DNA of 64,000 nt from the NCBI RefSeq assembly GCF_009914755.1, contig NC_060939.1. One strand, written 5' to 3'. The notes under the pieces were generated by a model. That model did no database searches and had not been told where the DNA came from. It saw only the letters and a program-made list of their open reading frames with translations. A program made the translations under genes and the position numbers. Shown here piece after piece: positions 1 to 17,209 of this stretch. The DNA comes from the human T2T-CHM13v2.0 reference genome, Homo sapiens. Position 1 is the first letter of the stretch. Every line of letters begins with the position of its first letter.

Positions 1-952
1 TGTGATGAGGAACTGAGGCCTCTTGCCAACAGCCATGTGAGTGAACCATTTTGGAAGTGGACCCTGTAGTCCCAGCTAAGCCTTCAGATAACTATAGACT
101 GGGCAGTGCTAACTAAAACCTGGAGAAATCCAGAGCCAGAACCACCCAGCTAAGCCATTCTCAGATGACCCACAGAGACTGCATGAGATAAGAAATGTTT
201 GTTTTAAGATGGCAAGTTTTGGGATACTTCGTTACACAGCAATAGATAACTAATATGTTATGTATCAGTTTTCCTGCATACCAGGAAAGACACTTTTCTT
301 ATTCCTTTATCACATGGGCTCTTATTCCTCAGCCTGCCCTCAGACTAGTGGCATGATTTCTATCACTGAGCTTCAAAATGGGCTAAATACATAGACTTCT
401 GCAAATAGGCTTGGAATGTAACTACAATTTGCAACCTTATTTCTACGCACTCGGAGTTTATAATAATAGACAAATGAACTTTTGAAACAGTGCACACTTA
501 TAATCTCGGTACTGCCTGCAATTCTGTTTGCTAGCTATTGCTCAGTATGCCATTCTTTTTTAAGAGACTTCATACGTTTTTCTAGTCTGAAGAATTTATT
601 TATTTTTTATTTTAGTGAGACAGGGTGGAGGGGCAGGTCTCACTATGTTGCCCAGGCTGGTCTTGAACTCCTGGGCTGAAGTGATCCTCCTGTCTCAGCC
701 TCCCAAGTGCTGGGATTACAGGCACGAGCCACCAAGCCCAGCCTGAATAACTTCTTGCATGGCAGATGGAAAAGGCTGCCAACCATTTAGCTAGTCTCTC
801 AACCAGGCAACTCGTAATATGCAGATTTAGGCAATAGCAGAAGCCTGTCAACTGAATTGCAAGACACATACCTTGGGGCAGTTGAAAGGGATGGGCATAA
901 AATTTCCTATGTCAAAATTTGTTTTCTGGTCCAGATATCTCTTGAAAAAAAT

Positions 953-1560
953 GGCTGGGTGTTGTGGCTTATGCCTGTAATCCCAGCACTTTGGGAGGCT
1001 GAGGTGGGTAGACCACCTGAGGTCAGGAGTTTGAGACCAGCCTGGCCAACATAGTGAAACCCCCGTCTGTACTAAAAATACAAAAATTAGGGCTGGGTTT
1101 GGTGGCTCACACCTGTAATCCCAGCACTTTGGAAGGCTGAGGCAGGTGGATCACGAGGTCAGGAGTTCGAGACCAGCCTGACCAACATGGTGAAACACCG
1201 TCTCTACTAAAAATACAAAAATTATCAGGTCTTGGTGGTGCGCGCCTGTAATCCCAGCTACTCAGGAGGCTGAGGCAGGATAATCACTTGAATCCGGGAG
1301 GCAGAGGTTGCAGTGAGCCAAGATCGTGCCACTACATTCTGGCCTGGACAACAGAGCGAGACTCTGTCTCAAACAACAACAACAACAAAAATTAGCTGGC
1401 TGTGGTGGCGGGTGCCTGTAATCCCAGCTGCTTGAGAGGCTGAGGCAGGAGAATCTCTTGCACCTGGGAGGCGGAGGTTGCAGTGAGCAGAGATTGTGCC
1501 ATTGACTCCAGCCTAGGCGACAGAGCAAGACTCCATCTCATTAAAAAAACAAAACAAACA
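953..1560 (+). mobile_element. Nested AluS pair (one Alu inside the linker of another)
   Basis: Left monomer 953-1090, full Alu 1091-1390, right monomer 1391-1560; caaaaattag duplicated at the junctions. Confidence 0.85.
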
Positions 1561-2573
1561 AAAAAACCTACTGAAAATAATATCATAGCTAGGATACTTA
1601 AGGCTTGTGTGCCAGGCACTATGAGGGCACCCGACTTACATTAGCTCATTTAGTCATTACCACATCACTGTAATGAAGGTAGTGATTGAAAGCATGGGTC
1701 TTGGAGTCAGACAGATTGTGTTTGAGTCCTGGCCTCACCACTTATAGTTGTATGGTCTCTGGCAAACTATTTAATCTCTTTATGCTTCAATTTTCTTACA
1801 TATAAAATGGATATAATAATAGTACCCACTTCACAAGGGTTGTACTAAGGATTAAATAAGATAATGCCAGTAAAGCATGTAAAACTTAGCACATATAATT
1901 CCTAGCACACAGTATGCGTTCAATCAATGCCAGCTATTTTTATTTTTATTTTCCTTTTTTTTTTTTACTTTTGACACAGCCTCAGGAGGTCCTGAGGACA
2001 TGTGCCCCAAGCTGTTATTTTTTATGTAGATGAAGACATAGAGTCTCAGGGAGGTTAAGTATCTTGGTCAGGATCATGCAGTTAGCAAACAGAGCAAGAA
2101 CTCAATTTGGATTAGCTTTGTTTCTGAGCTCAATCTCTTAACCATTACCCCACACTATCTGCTCAGTTTCTTTCTGCCCAAAAATGGAATGCTCTATAGA
2201 AAAGCATCTAGACTCTGAAGCATGTCAGGAGAGATCCCTGTTTCATATATCAATGACTTGCCAGAACCTTGAGACTTCAGCATCATCCTGTGAAATCCCC
2301 ATTGAAAATGAGCAAAAAGAAAGTGGAAAAGTTTTTTAAAAGTGAAATATGGGAGAAGATGCTACTTGGTTGAGGTTCAAATTCTGCGTATTCCCCATCC
2401 CAAGAATGCATCTCTATTGGAGTATGTGGCCGTAGGAGATTCCTATAGGATGTTTTAGAATGTGTCCCCTTATCTTCTTCAGGAGGGGATGAAAGTTGTT
2501 GAATGCGTGGAACAAGGGTTAGTGATGTGATACACAACTACAGTGAGTGTAATAGTTTATTCCTTCTATGAGT

Positions 2574-3328
2574 TGTTACCAGGAAGGATTCCTGATCCAG
2601 ACCCCAAGAGAGGGTTCTTGGATCTCATACAAGAAAGAATTTGAGACGAGTTCATACAGTAAAGTGAAAGCAAGTTTATTAAGAAAGTAAAGGAATAAAG
2701 AATGGCGACTCCATAGGCAGAGCAGCCTTGAGGGCTGCTGGTTGCCCATTTTTATGGTTATTTATTGATTATATGCTAAACAAGGGGTGGATTATTCATG
2801 CCTCCCCTTTTTATTATTTATTATTTTTTAGACAGAGTCTCATTCTGTCGCTCAGGATGGCTAATTTTTGTATTTTTTAGTAGAGATGGGGTTTCACCAT
2901 GTTGGCCAGGCTGGTCTCAAACACCTGGCCTCATTTGATCCACCTGCCTCAGCCTCCCAAAGAGCTGGGATTACAGGCATGAGCTGCCGTGTCGGGCAAT
3001 GCCTCTCCATTTTAGACCATGTAGGGTAACTTCCTGACGTTGCCATGGCATTTGTAAACTGTCATGATGCTGGTGGGAGGGTAGCAGTGAGGATGACCAG
3101 AGGTCACTGTCATCCCCATATTGGTTTTGGTGGGTTTTGGCCGGCTTCTTTACTGCAACCTGTTTTATCAGCAAGGTCTTTTATGACCTGTATCTTGTGC
3201 CGACCTCCTATGTCATTCTGTGACTCAGAATGCCTTAACTGTCTGGGAATGTAACCCGGTATGTCTCAGCCTTATTTTACCCAGCCCCTATTCAAGATGG
3301 AGTTGCTCTGGTTTAAATGCCTCTGACA
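2574..3328 (-). mobile_element. MER41A-type LTR with an internally deleted Alu inserted
   Basis: MER41 termini, TSD GAGT; lacks the tandem GAS segment present in the other two copies. Confidence 0.85.
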
Positions 3329-3602
3329 GAGTGGCTGGAGTTTCAATTTAATACCTCCTCTCAGGGAGGAGAAAGAGAAGGAGAAGGACCCAAAATAGAT
3401 AAGAGAATTGCCCAAGGATGGCAAAGGCCCCCTTTTGGACAGGGAGGAGATAAAGGAGAGGGTCAAGAGCCCATCTACCCCGTAAGGCAAACCAACCTGC
3501 CAGCCAAAACCGAAATTTAGTCAAGTTCATTGTTCTCATAGCTTTGTTTTTTGCTTTCCCTTAGTTTTTTTTTTTTGTTTGTTTTGTTTTGTTTTGTTTT
3601 GA

Positions 3603-3746
<144 letters not shown>

Positions 3747-4513
3747 TAATTTCTGTATTTTTAGTAGAGATGGGGTTTCACCATGTTGGCTAGGCTGGTC
3801 TCGAATGCCTGACCTCAGGTGATCTGCCTGCCTTGGCCTCCCAAAGCGCTAGGACTATAGGCATGATCCACTGCGCCCGGCCAAACTGAGACCCTTAGTT
3901 TTAAAGTAAATGTTCCTATGGATTTCTCTAAGCATATCTGGCTGAAATTAGCAGGAATAGGAGGTCCAAGATGAGAAGGGGTTTTGGGAGTTAGGATACC
4001 AGCCCCAGAGTCTGAGGCGGTGGCTGGGCTAGAGGAGCTTAAAGTTGAGGGTGGAAGGCTGAACTTGGAAATACATTGGGAGTTTCATCGTAGACAGGAG
4101 CACCACAAGAGAACTCAGAGAAACTGATTCAGCATCTAATTTTGTAATCCGTTCACTGTGACCCCTAGCAGTGTAATATTAATAATTGTTCAGCTTATTT
4201 TCTTGTCTGTAAAAAGTGGAAAATAATGTTTGTCTTACCTATTTCATTGGGACACTGTAAGAATCAAACAAGATTTTGTATGTGAAAGCATCTTCCTTTA
4301 CCGCTTTACCAGAAAGAGACATTAAAGACCATGCCACCTGAACTAAACTACAAAGCAAGGGTATGGACAAATGCTAATCATCAAGAATTCTCAGTCGGGG
4401 GTGGTGGCTCACCCCTGTAATCCCAGCACTTTGGGAGGCCAAGGCAGACAGATCACTTGAGGCCAGGAATTCAAGATCAGCCTGGCCAATGTGGTAAAAC
4501 CCCATCTCTACTA

Positions 4514-4813
<300 letters not shown>

Positions 4814-6576
4814 CTAAGCTGTTTTTGCAGCCATAGCACCTGATCTCATACTTGCAGCAGGAACCCAGTAAATACTCATGGACAAATATACGCAAATATT
4901 TTAATCATAGAGAGTTTATCCATAACCTTAAATTCTCCTTTAACATAAACATTTCTATTTCTTTAAGCTGGAGTGTAAGGCCATTTCTAAGGAATTTTTT
5001 CAAGTGGTGATATCAATGTGTCTTATAAGATCAGTGATTATTAATACACTCTTAGTTCATATTTATACTATATCTATTTCAAAGAACATTATAACATTTA
5101 CGAATCAAGCCAGGACAAAGAAGCAACTGCAGACAAAGTGACTCTTTTGTGGCCTCTAGTAACTTGTGGCTTCAAACAATGAGGGCCATTGTATAAACTC
5201 CTTTGAGGGGTCATTGTGAGAATTAATTAGATTAAAATCTGCAAAGTACTTTGAACTTTTTCCAGAATTCCCTTACAAATAAAGATGACATTAATTTTTT
5301 TTGGGGTATCTTTATGTTGGTCCTCCCAGAATCAAATGTAACAAGTTCACCTGCTGTTGAACTGCCTGTGTTCCCTGAAGCAAATCCCAAGACTAAGCCA
5401 AATTTTATCTTTAGTGATTTTAAGCTGACCCCAAGAGCACACACAATGGAGCAGAATTTGTTGCCCTTATCACAAAGAGCTTGGTGTATGATATGCATGA
5501 CGCAGTGTCTCATAATCCCTATGCCACATGGTAATTAAATATAAATTACTGCAGTTATTACAGCTATTTTATAGTGACCAACAGTTTTACCCTCCTTTTT
5601 GTTATTTATATTTGAATAATTTACATTCTGCTCATTTGCAATAGGATTTAAGGCAGCCTTCCCTTTAGTAGTTCTTCCTTATCCCTAAACAATGTAAATA
5701 CTGAAAAACTTTCCTGATTCCGGTAACTGTTTAATCCGCATTGTATGAACAGAAGCACAAGCAGGCATTAAAGACAGAGTCTTAGATCCAACTCTCTAAC
5801 AGCTGGGGCTCCTTGGGAACCCCTTCTCCTTAGTCTCCTGATCTTCTCTGATCCCAATCTTGTCCCCAGTGACCCCCTCAGCCCATGCTGTCCTCTACCC
5901 TTCCCAAGAAGGAGCAGCTCTGAATATTCTGAGTGCTGGGCTTGGGGCAGCAGAAACTGTGGAGCAGCCCCAGGTGAGCCCTGGGGAACAGTAGGATAAG
6001 AGGCCTATTGTAAATGAGGAACCTGTCTGGCAGGTGACCAACTTGGTTTGCTTGGAAGTGAGGGGGGTTCCCAGGACATGGGACTTTCAGTTTACTAGGA
6101 CTAATTTACCTGGGCATTAGACTAGGTTCTGGGACCCTGATATTGGTGGAGTCTTTTCTGGGTGGGGAGAGAATCTTATTTGGGAAAGACACCTTGTTCC
6201 TTTTGGGCCCTGCAGCACACTGGTCTGGGTTATGTCTTCTCAGGGAACTCCGGATGTGACTCCTGTTACATGAAAATGGAAGAGGTCAGAGTTGTCCAAG
6301 AGGGAGGCCAGCCACATCCAGGCAGGGCCCCCATGGTCAGAACCCTGCTAGAGCCATCAAGGTCCCAGGTCAGTTCTGCAGCTTTGCAGGTGTGGAAATG
6401 ACACCTGTGGGTCAGGCTGGGGAAGCTAATGCATGCTAAACAACTGCCGTTAAGAGACTCAGCAGATCACTGTTGTGGTTATCTTCATAATCCTGGGGGA
6501 TATACCTTTGCCATTTCCCTGCATGGCCCCCTTCACAGGACCAGTGATATGAGAAGCCAAGTTGCCTTAGAGCTAG

Positions 6577-6771
<195 letters not shown>

Positions 6772-7665
6772 TAGAGACGGGGTTTCACCATGTTGGCCAG
6801 GCTGGTCTTGAACTCCTGACCTCAGGCGATCCGCCTGCCTTGGCCTTCCAAAGTGCTGGGATTACAGACGTGAGCCACCGCACCCAGCCTAGAACAAAAG
6901 TTTTGAAAGGAGAAAAAGGTTGGTTGGTTGGAGACAGGGTCTTGCTCTGCTGCCCAGGCTGGAGTGCAGTGGCATCATTTGGGGTCACTGCAACCTCTGC
7001 CTCTTCCTATGTGTAATTTTTAAGTGAAAATGGAAAATCCTAGTTTAGTTTTCCTGGAAATTTTTCCCCAGGCCCACATCAGGTGAGGCCCACAGATAAC
7101 CAACCCCCTCTACTGTGTACTGATTGTTATAATTTAGGGGAGGACATTCACGTACTACTACTCTAGCTGCCTTTAATCCTCCCAGTTGTGTTTAGTCCTG
7201 AGTTGTGACCTCAAAGCTCATAGGCCTGTCTTCCTTTTGTAAATAGTTTGGATATTTTTATCTCAAAGTGCATTATTTTGCACTTGCTCCCACGAGAGCT
7301 CATTTGTCAATTGTCAGATCACATGGTCAGATTTATAGGCTCTTCTGATTATCTAGCTCAGGAATTGGCAAACGTTTTCTGTAAAGGCCAGATAATAAAT
7401 AATTTCACTTCCACCACTATTGGTCTGCAGCTCTTCTTATGGTAGCAGTTGTTGCATTTCTCTGTGGGAAAGAAAAGAGGATTAAACACCTCTTTCTTAG
7501 CAAAACAGAGAGTAGGCATATGTGTGACAGACACAAGATGTATTCTGTAGTTTTGTTTGGCAGGAGATGATCCATTTCAAAACAAATTAAGAAGACTTGG
7601 AAAAAAATATAATTCAGTATTTGAATAATGCTGCTTCTTGTTCTTTTTAAAAAATAATAATTTTA

Positions 7666-8000
<335 letters not shown>

Positions 8001-10437
8001 TCAGTCACTCTGCTGTTGTAGCAGCAGCCAAAGAGAATAAACAAATGAGCATGGCCGTGTTCCAATAAAACTTTATTTATGGAAACTGGGATGTGACTTT
8101 CATATAATTTTAATGTGTCACAAAATATTAGTTTTCTTTCCATTGTTTTCAACCACTTAAAAATGTAAAAACCACTCTTAGTTTGCAGGCTGTACAAAAA
8201 CAGGCACTGGCGCGATTTGGCCCAGCATTTGCTGACCCCTGATCTAGACCTATCTGCGTAGAAGTGTTGTTAGAGGTTTTATCGCATAGGCTGTCCTCCA
8301 GATCATTTACACATGTTAGTATGTCCTTTCCTAGCACAGATGCCTGAGACTTAGGCTCTTGGTTTCATCAATCCTCACTTCCCAATATACTGTTTTTAAA
8401 AATTTATTTATGTATTTATTTACTTATTTTGAGACGGAGTCTCACTCTGTTGCCCAGGCTGGAGTGCAGTGAGCCCAGGTAGCGCTACCTCGGCTCACTG
8501 CAACCTCCGCCTCCTGGGTTCAAGCAGTTCTCTACCTCAGCCTCCCAAGTAGCTGGGATTACAGGTGCCCATGGTATGGGATTACAGCCACCATGCCTGG
8601 CTAATTTTTGTATTTTTAGTAGAGACAGGGTTTCACTATATTGGCCAGACTGGTCTTGAACTCCTGACCTCGTGATCCACCCACCTCAGCCTCCCAAAGT
8701 GCTGGGATTACAGGCGTGAGCCACAGCACCTGGCCTATTTTCTTTTATTTATTATTTATTTTTTATTTTTTTGAGACAGACTCTCACCCTATTGCCCTCA
8801 CAAGTAGCCTCCCAAGTAGCTGGGACTACAGGCACCCACCACCATCCTTGGCTAATTTTTGTATTTTCAGTAGAGACAGGTTTCACCATGTTGGCCAGGC
8901 TGGTCTCGAACTCCTAACCTCAAGTGATGGACCCGCCTCAGCCTGTCAAAGTGCTGGGATTACAGGCATAAGCCACGGTGCCCGGCCCTCAAATGTACTA
9001 TTAAGGCAGCAGTATTTATACCACCCAACTGCCTTCATTTGGGCCAGGTATAGCTGGGGCCCCGGAACCCACCAGAATGCTTGCTTGTGGCTGTTCAAGC
9101 ATCTTAGTGGCTCCTGTGAAAATACACTGGACCTTTCAAAATGGAAATCTGATTGTGTCTCCAACCTCTTCCATGCCTCCGCGCTTAGCTCAGGCACTTG
9201 CCTCTTTCCTCTGAGCTGTAGTGTAGCTGCAGTAAACTTGTGTTTTCTGGGGTTCTGAGCACAGGCCTTTTCATGTGCAGCTTCCACTTGGAATACCTTT
9301 CTTCATCATTCTTTTAGCTAGTTAATTAGGTAAGCTCTCTAGAGCCACTCTCCTGCATGGCACCCATCATGCCCCAAAGTCTAGATGAGTCAATTTGTTA
9401 CATGTTTCACTTTGTAATGTTATCTTCATTAGTGGCATTATTTGACTAATGGCTGCTACTAACTCTCATTAGACTCTAAGCTCCAAGAGAGTGAGGGACT
9501 GTATCTTTGCACACCACTGTATCTTCTGCACCTGGCACTGTGCCTGGCACAGAGTTAGGTGGTCAGCAAGCAACCCAGTAGGCCACAGCCTGCTGCCTGG
9601 GGCATTGATGCCTATGAGAGTTCCCTCCCTTTACTAGCAGAGTGAACTTAGATGAATTATAAGATCTCTTTGAGCCTCAGTGTCCTTCTGTGTAAAATGG
9701 AGGTAATAACATAACTAGTGTCGGGTTATGGTGACTTAAATGAGATAATGTGCCTGGCACATGGCCTGATCTAGTCACTACTAGATTAACATTAGTCTCC
9801 TTCTCCCTTCCTATTATTGAGGTCCATTCTGTGGGTGCCTGACACCCAAGTATCACTTGCCCAGATTCCCCCAAGTGCACAGGACTCCATCTTTCTGTTG
9901 AGAACTGCACAGTTTCCATCGAGAAATCCAGAATTAGAGATGTGACTACCGTGCCCTTCATATATCCACTGCCTTCCCAGGAACTGTCACTTGGGCCTCT
10001 AGTTCCCTCCCCTACCTTGAATCAACAGGCCCACCCATTATTTTTGCTTCTGAGCTAGTTCCTTATTGCCTCACAAAACATTCCACTTTCACGCAACTTT
10101 TATTATTAGCCTGTCCTTTGGAAACCTGTCCAAGGTTTTATTAAGGCTTCTAGGTGAGTAATACTAAGCTGTTGTTTATCTACTTTTCCATTTTTTTAAC
10201 CACTTAAACATGTAAAAACCTCACAGAAATTTGTCAGATTTTCTCTTTAAAGATATCATCTTGACAGTCTTCTCTGAAATTAATTTTATTTATTTAGCTT
10301 GCCTATTTCACAAATGAACCATAATTTTCCAGATTCCCTTTATAAATTTCTAAATGATAATAAATATTGTCATGTAATAAAAATTATAATATTTTGAGCC
10401 CACTGTGCTAGGAACCTTACACACACTATTTAATTAA

Positions 10438-10750
<313 letters not shown>

Positions 10751-11348
10751 TAATATAATCCTTATAACAATCCTTCATAGTAGACACTATTGTTCCCATT
10801 GTGTACATGGAATAAATGAAATTTTATAAATATTTTGTTCTAAGTCACACAGTTAGGAATCAAGATTTGCATCAGGTTTGTATGAGTCAGGTGCCCATTG
10901 TCTTTTCACTCTGACCTTTTTCCTCCTTTCTTAGGCTTGTTGGTTCATAATGGTGGTGGGGAGGGTATGTATGTCATATTTTTGCTTTTCCAACCTCCTG
11001 AGTATACAGCCAGTTGTTATGACCAGTTACCCAATTTTGCCAATGGCCCCTCAGTGTCATGTTGCACTTCCATCAGAAGTTGGGTAGGTCTTGAAGTATT
11101 ATCCTTGTATTGAAAACAGTAATCATCCATCCATCTATCCATCCACCCATCCATTCAATATTCCTTAAGAGTCTGTATACTGACCGGGGGTGGTGGCTCA
11201 TGCCTGTAATCCCAGCACTTTGGGAGGCCGAGGCCAGCGGATCACCTAAGGTAGGGAGTTCAAGACCAGCCTGACCAACATGGAGAAACCCCGTCTCTAC
11301 TAAAAATACAAAATTAGCCGGGTGTGGTGGCACATGCCTGTAATCCTA

Positions 11349-11568
<220 letters not shown>

Positions 11569-11849
11569 TTAGTGGAAGAGGCATTGGCGGGTTGGGGGGT
11601 TAGGGTAGGGATGAAGAAGAGAAAGGAAGGGAAAGGAAGGAACTTCCTGTGAAGTCATTCCCCTGGGCACATGAGTATGATGGAGGAAGGCAGGGGAAGA
11701 TATTGAGATTCTTACACAGCAAGATAGGAATGATAAGGCAAAACCAGCAGAATTTTGCCCTGGCATGAAATACTGCCTGTTTGTGGTACCTTATGCTTTT
11801 CAGTTCCCTTCTCCAGAAGCTGATGTTTTCCTATATCTCTGATGTTCTA

Positions 11850-12041
<192 letters not shown>

Positions 12042-12483
12042 CTAGGTTAGTGGAAGATAAAGGCTCTCTCAGGCTGCCAAAAAAAATCAAGTTTCTGACT
12101 CTAATCAGGTCCTGAGAGCGAGACCATCTCAAAAAAAAAAAAAAAAAAAAAAATTGGCCAGCATAGATGTTAACCTTTGCATTTTGTGTTCTCTGTGTAG
12201 GTAGCATATCCACTCATCTCAACAGCCTACCAGAATTGTGACAGTAGATTCAAGTTATGCTTTTTAAAAGATTTAAACTGATTTACTGGGCTTAAGAAGG
12301 GGTTTACTTCTTTTTTTTTTTTTTTTTTTGAGACGCAGTTTTGTTCTTGTTGCCCAAGCTGGAGTGCAATGGTGTGATCTCCCTCCGCTCACTGAAACCT
12401 CCGCCTCCTGGGTTCAAGCGATCCTCCTGCCTCAGCCTCCTGAGTAGCTGGGATTACAGGCATGCGCCACCACACTCAGCTGA

Positions 12484-13020
<537 letters not shown>

Positions 13021-13773
13021 GTGTGCATGGTGAATGCATTTGCACACAAGTGTGTATAGACTTGTACATGTGAAAAGCAAGGGGGGCCTGGATTGTTGTT
13101 CAATCCTTAAAACATGTTCAGACAGAGGAATCCTGGTGATTAGAAGAGTCCTCACAAAGTGGCCTTTACTTTGGTAAGTTCATTGTGAAATCAGAGTCTG
13201 AAACTTGATTTTATTAACAGCCTGAGAGTGCCTTCATCTCCCACTAACCTAGCTTACGAAAACTAGTAAATACAAAGGAAAATATTGTGAGTATGCAAGA
13301 AAGTGTTCATATGTTTTAGAGATCCACACTAAAGTGAATGGTTATCTCGGTCAGCCTGGGCTGCTACAACAAAATACCATATGCTTGGTGGCTTAGAAAC
13401 AACAGGAATTTTTTGCTCACATTTCTAGAGGCTGAAAAGTCCAAGATCCAGGTGCCAGCAGATTCCATGTCTGGTGAGGGCCTGGTTCCTGCTTAAGAGA
13501 TGGCTGTGTTCTCCCTCTGTCCTCACATGGTATAAGGGGCTAGGGGCCTCTTGGGGTCTTGGCACTTATCTCATGAGGGCTCTGTCTCCATGACTTAATC
13601 GTCTCCAAAAAGGCTCCACCTGCTAATATCATCTGGGTGGGGTAGGATTTCAACATATGAATTTTGGGGGACAGAAACATTTACACCATGGCAGTGGGGA
13701 GGGGTCTAGGATTTTCTTTAATATAGTTTAGTTTTTTTATTTTTATTTTTTTTTTTATTTTTATATTTTTTGA

Positions 13774-13932
<159 letters not shown>

Positions 13933-14246
13933 TAGTAGAAACAGGGTTTCTCCATATTGGTCAGGCTGGTCTCGAACTCCCGACCTCAGGTGATCCACCC
14001 ACCTCAGCCTCCCAAAGTGCTGGGATTACAGGTGTGAGCCACCACGCCTGGCTATATAGTTTAGTTTATAAAAGTGGGAGAAAGTGAAGCAAGTGTAGGA
14101 AAATCTTGATTATGATTGAACATGGTTATAGGGTATTTCATACTATTCATTATACCTTATATATATTCATTATATTATTTTCTTCACTTTTTTCCTTTTA
14201 CTTATTTAAAAACCTAGAATACTTTTGTATGTTTGAAATTTTTCTT

Positions 14247-15107
14247 TTTTTTAACTTTTATTTTAAGTTGAGGAGTGCACGTGCAGGTTTGTTATACAGG
14301 TAAACGCTTGTCGTGGGGGTTTGTTGTATGGATTATTTTGTCACCTAGGTATTAAGCCTACTACCCACTAGTTATTTTTCCTGATCCTCTCCCTGCTCCC
14401 ACCTTCCACCTTCCAGTGGGCCCAAGTGTGTGTTGTTCCCCTCTTTGTGTTCATGTGTTCTCATCATTTAGCTTCCACTTATAAGTAAGAACATGTGGTA
14501 TTTGGCTTTCTGTCCCTGCATTAGTTTGCTAAGGATAATGGGCTCGAGTTCCATCCACGTCCCTGCAAAAGACATGATCGCACTCTTTTTTGTGGCTGCA
14601 TAGTATTCCATGGTGTATATATACCATGTTTTCTTTATACAGTCTACCACTGATGGACATTTAGGTTGATTCCATGTCTTTGCAATTATGAATAGTCTTG
14701 CAACAAACATACGTGTGGATGTGTCTTTATGATAGAATGATTTATATTCCTTTGAGTATATCCAGTAATGGGATTGCTGGGTCAAATGGTAGTTTTGTTT
14801 TTAGATCTTTGAGAAATCACCACACTGTTTCCCATATGGTTGAACTAATTTACACTCCTACCAACAGTGTATAAGCATTTCTTTTTCTTCACAACCTTGA
14901 CAGTACCTATTATGTTTTTACTTTAACCATAGCCATTCTGACAGGTGTGAGATGATATCTCACTGTGGTTTTTATTTGCATTTCCCTAATGGTCAGTGAT
15001 GTTGAGCTGTTTTTCATATGCTTGTTGGCCACATGTATGTCTTCTTTTGAAAAGTGTCTGTTCCTATTAATGGACTTGTTTGTTTCTGTAAATTTGTTTA
15101 AGTTTCT
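14247..15107 (-). mobile_element. 5'-truncated L1 (L1PB/old L1PA) 3' end
   Basis: Minus-strand ORF 14468-14785 resembles the L1 ORF2p C-terminus (TWNQPKCPS..WYIYTMEYYAA); L1 3'UTR; T-rich tail at left. Confidence 0.85.
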
Positions 15108-15278
15108 TTAAAATAGTTTAGTTTAGTTTTTAAAAGTGGGAGAAAGTGAAGCAAGTGTAGGAAAATCTTGATAATGATTAAATCTAGTTATAGGGTATTT
15201 CACAGTATTAATTATATATATTCACTTTTGCGTGTTTGAAACTTCTTTCTTTCTTTCTTTCTTTTTTTTTTTTTTTGA

Positions 15279-15479
<201 letters not shown>

Positions 15480-17209
15480 TGAACTCCTGACCTCAGGTAA
15501 TTCACCCTCCTCAGCCTCCCAAAGTGCTGGGATTACAGGCGTCAGCCACTGCGCCCAGCCTGAAATTTTTCTTAATATAAATTTTAAAAATCTAAAGAAA
15601 GTGACAGTAATTTACAGAAAAAAATAAAACAGTCAGGTGGCCTGATTATTCAAGTTACCTTAACCAGAAATACAACCTAGAAAACTAATTTGATTAAGAC
15701 TTCTGGGTCCACCTGCAATCCTAGCAAGGGCAGATAGCCGTAGGATCCAAGCACAAAAGATTAATGCACTACTGGTTTAGTCTGTGTGTGCTATAACAGA
15801 ATACCTTAGACTGGGCAACTTAAAAAGAACAGAAATTTATTTCTCACAGTTTGGGAGGCTGGGAAGTCCGTGATCAAGGTGCTGGCAGGTTTGGTTGTCT
15901 GGTGAGGGCCTCATCCTCTGGAGGGGAGGTGGAAGGGTAAATTAACCAAATGCTGCCCGAAGCTTCTTTTTTAAGGCACTTAATCCCAAACCTGAGGGAG
16001 GAGCTCTTATGGCCTGATTGCCACTTAAAGGCCCCACCTCTTAAAACTATCACATTGCAGCCTGGCCAACATGGTGAAACCCCGTCTCTACTAAAAATAC
16101 AAAAATTAGCCAGGCAGTAGTGGTGTGCACCTGTAATCCCAGCTACTCAGGAGGCTGAGGCAGTAGAATCACTTGAGCCTGGGGACGAAGGTTGCGGTGA
16201 GCCGATATCATGCCACTACACTCCAGTCTGAGCAAAAAAGTGAGGCCCTGTCTCAACAAAACAAAAATCCTATCATTTTGGCAACATCTGAATTTTGGAG
16301 GGACCGTATTCAAATGATAGTACCTACTATCTGTATAAAATGACGTAACTACCTGTTTTTGTTCTCATGTCTTTCTCCAGAAAAAACTGATTTGATCTCT
16401 GTTTACTAAATTACAACTTCAGTACAATCCTGCCTCCCCCAAAATACTCACAGAGCATCTTTGAGGGGCCCAATCTCTTTGATTGCTCATTTACAGCCTC
16501 CTAGTTTACTCCAACAGATAACTGATTCCCTCCTTTGCATTGAATTCTTGCTAAAATAACCTTCAGAGAGTGGCTTATTCTCTCATCTGCAAATGGTTTT
16601 TTTTGTTTTGTTTTGTTTTTTGTTTTTTTTTTTTGAGACAGAGTCTCGCTCTGTCGCCTAGGCTGGAGTGCGGTAGTGCGATCTTGGCTCACTGCATCCT
16701 CCCTACCTCAGGTTTAAGTGATTCTCATTCTCATCTGCAAATCTTGAGGAGTGCCTCACAATTGTTCCCTCCTCATACCAACCATATCTCACATAGTGCT
16801 GTCCATTATCTAGCACATAGCACAATTAAAACCTAATCTGCTCTAATCCCAGTACTTTGGGAGGCTGAGGCAGGTGGATCACCTGAGGTCAAGAGTTCGA
16901 GACCAGCCTGGTCAACATGGTGAAACCCCATCTCTATTAAAAACACAAAAAATTAGCCAGGCGTTGTGGTGGGCACCTATAATCCCAGATATTTGGGAGG
17001 CTGAGGCAGAAGAATCGCTTGAACCCATGGGGTGGAGGTTTCAGTGAGCAGGGATAGCGCCACTGCACTCCAGCCTGGCGGCAGAGTGAAACTCCATCAA
17101 AAAAAAAAAAAAACAAACAAAACCTAATCTGATCAAGTCCACCATGAACAAGCCTGTGGTCTGACAAGGGAGTGTACTTCAGAATTGTGAAATGCTGCCC
17201 TCAACAAGG

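Noticed and set aside
5085-5137. 53-nt AG..GT segment NIITFTNQARTKKQLQT
   Set aside because: Weak splice sites, and its end phase conflicts with the open frame of 5330-5530
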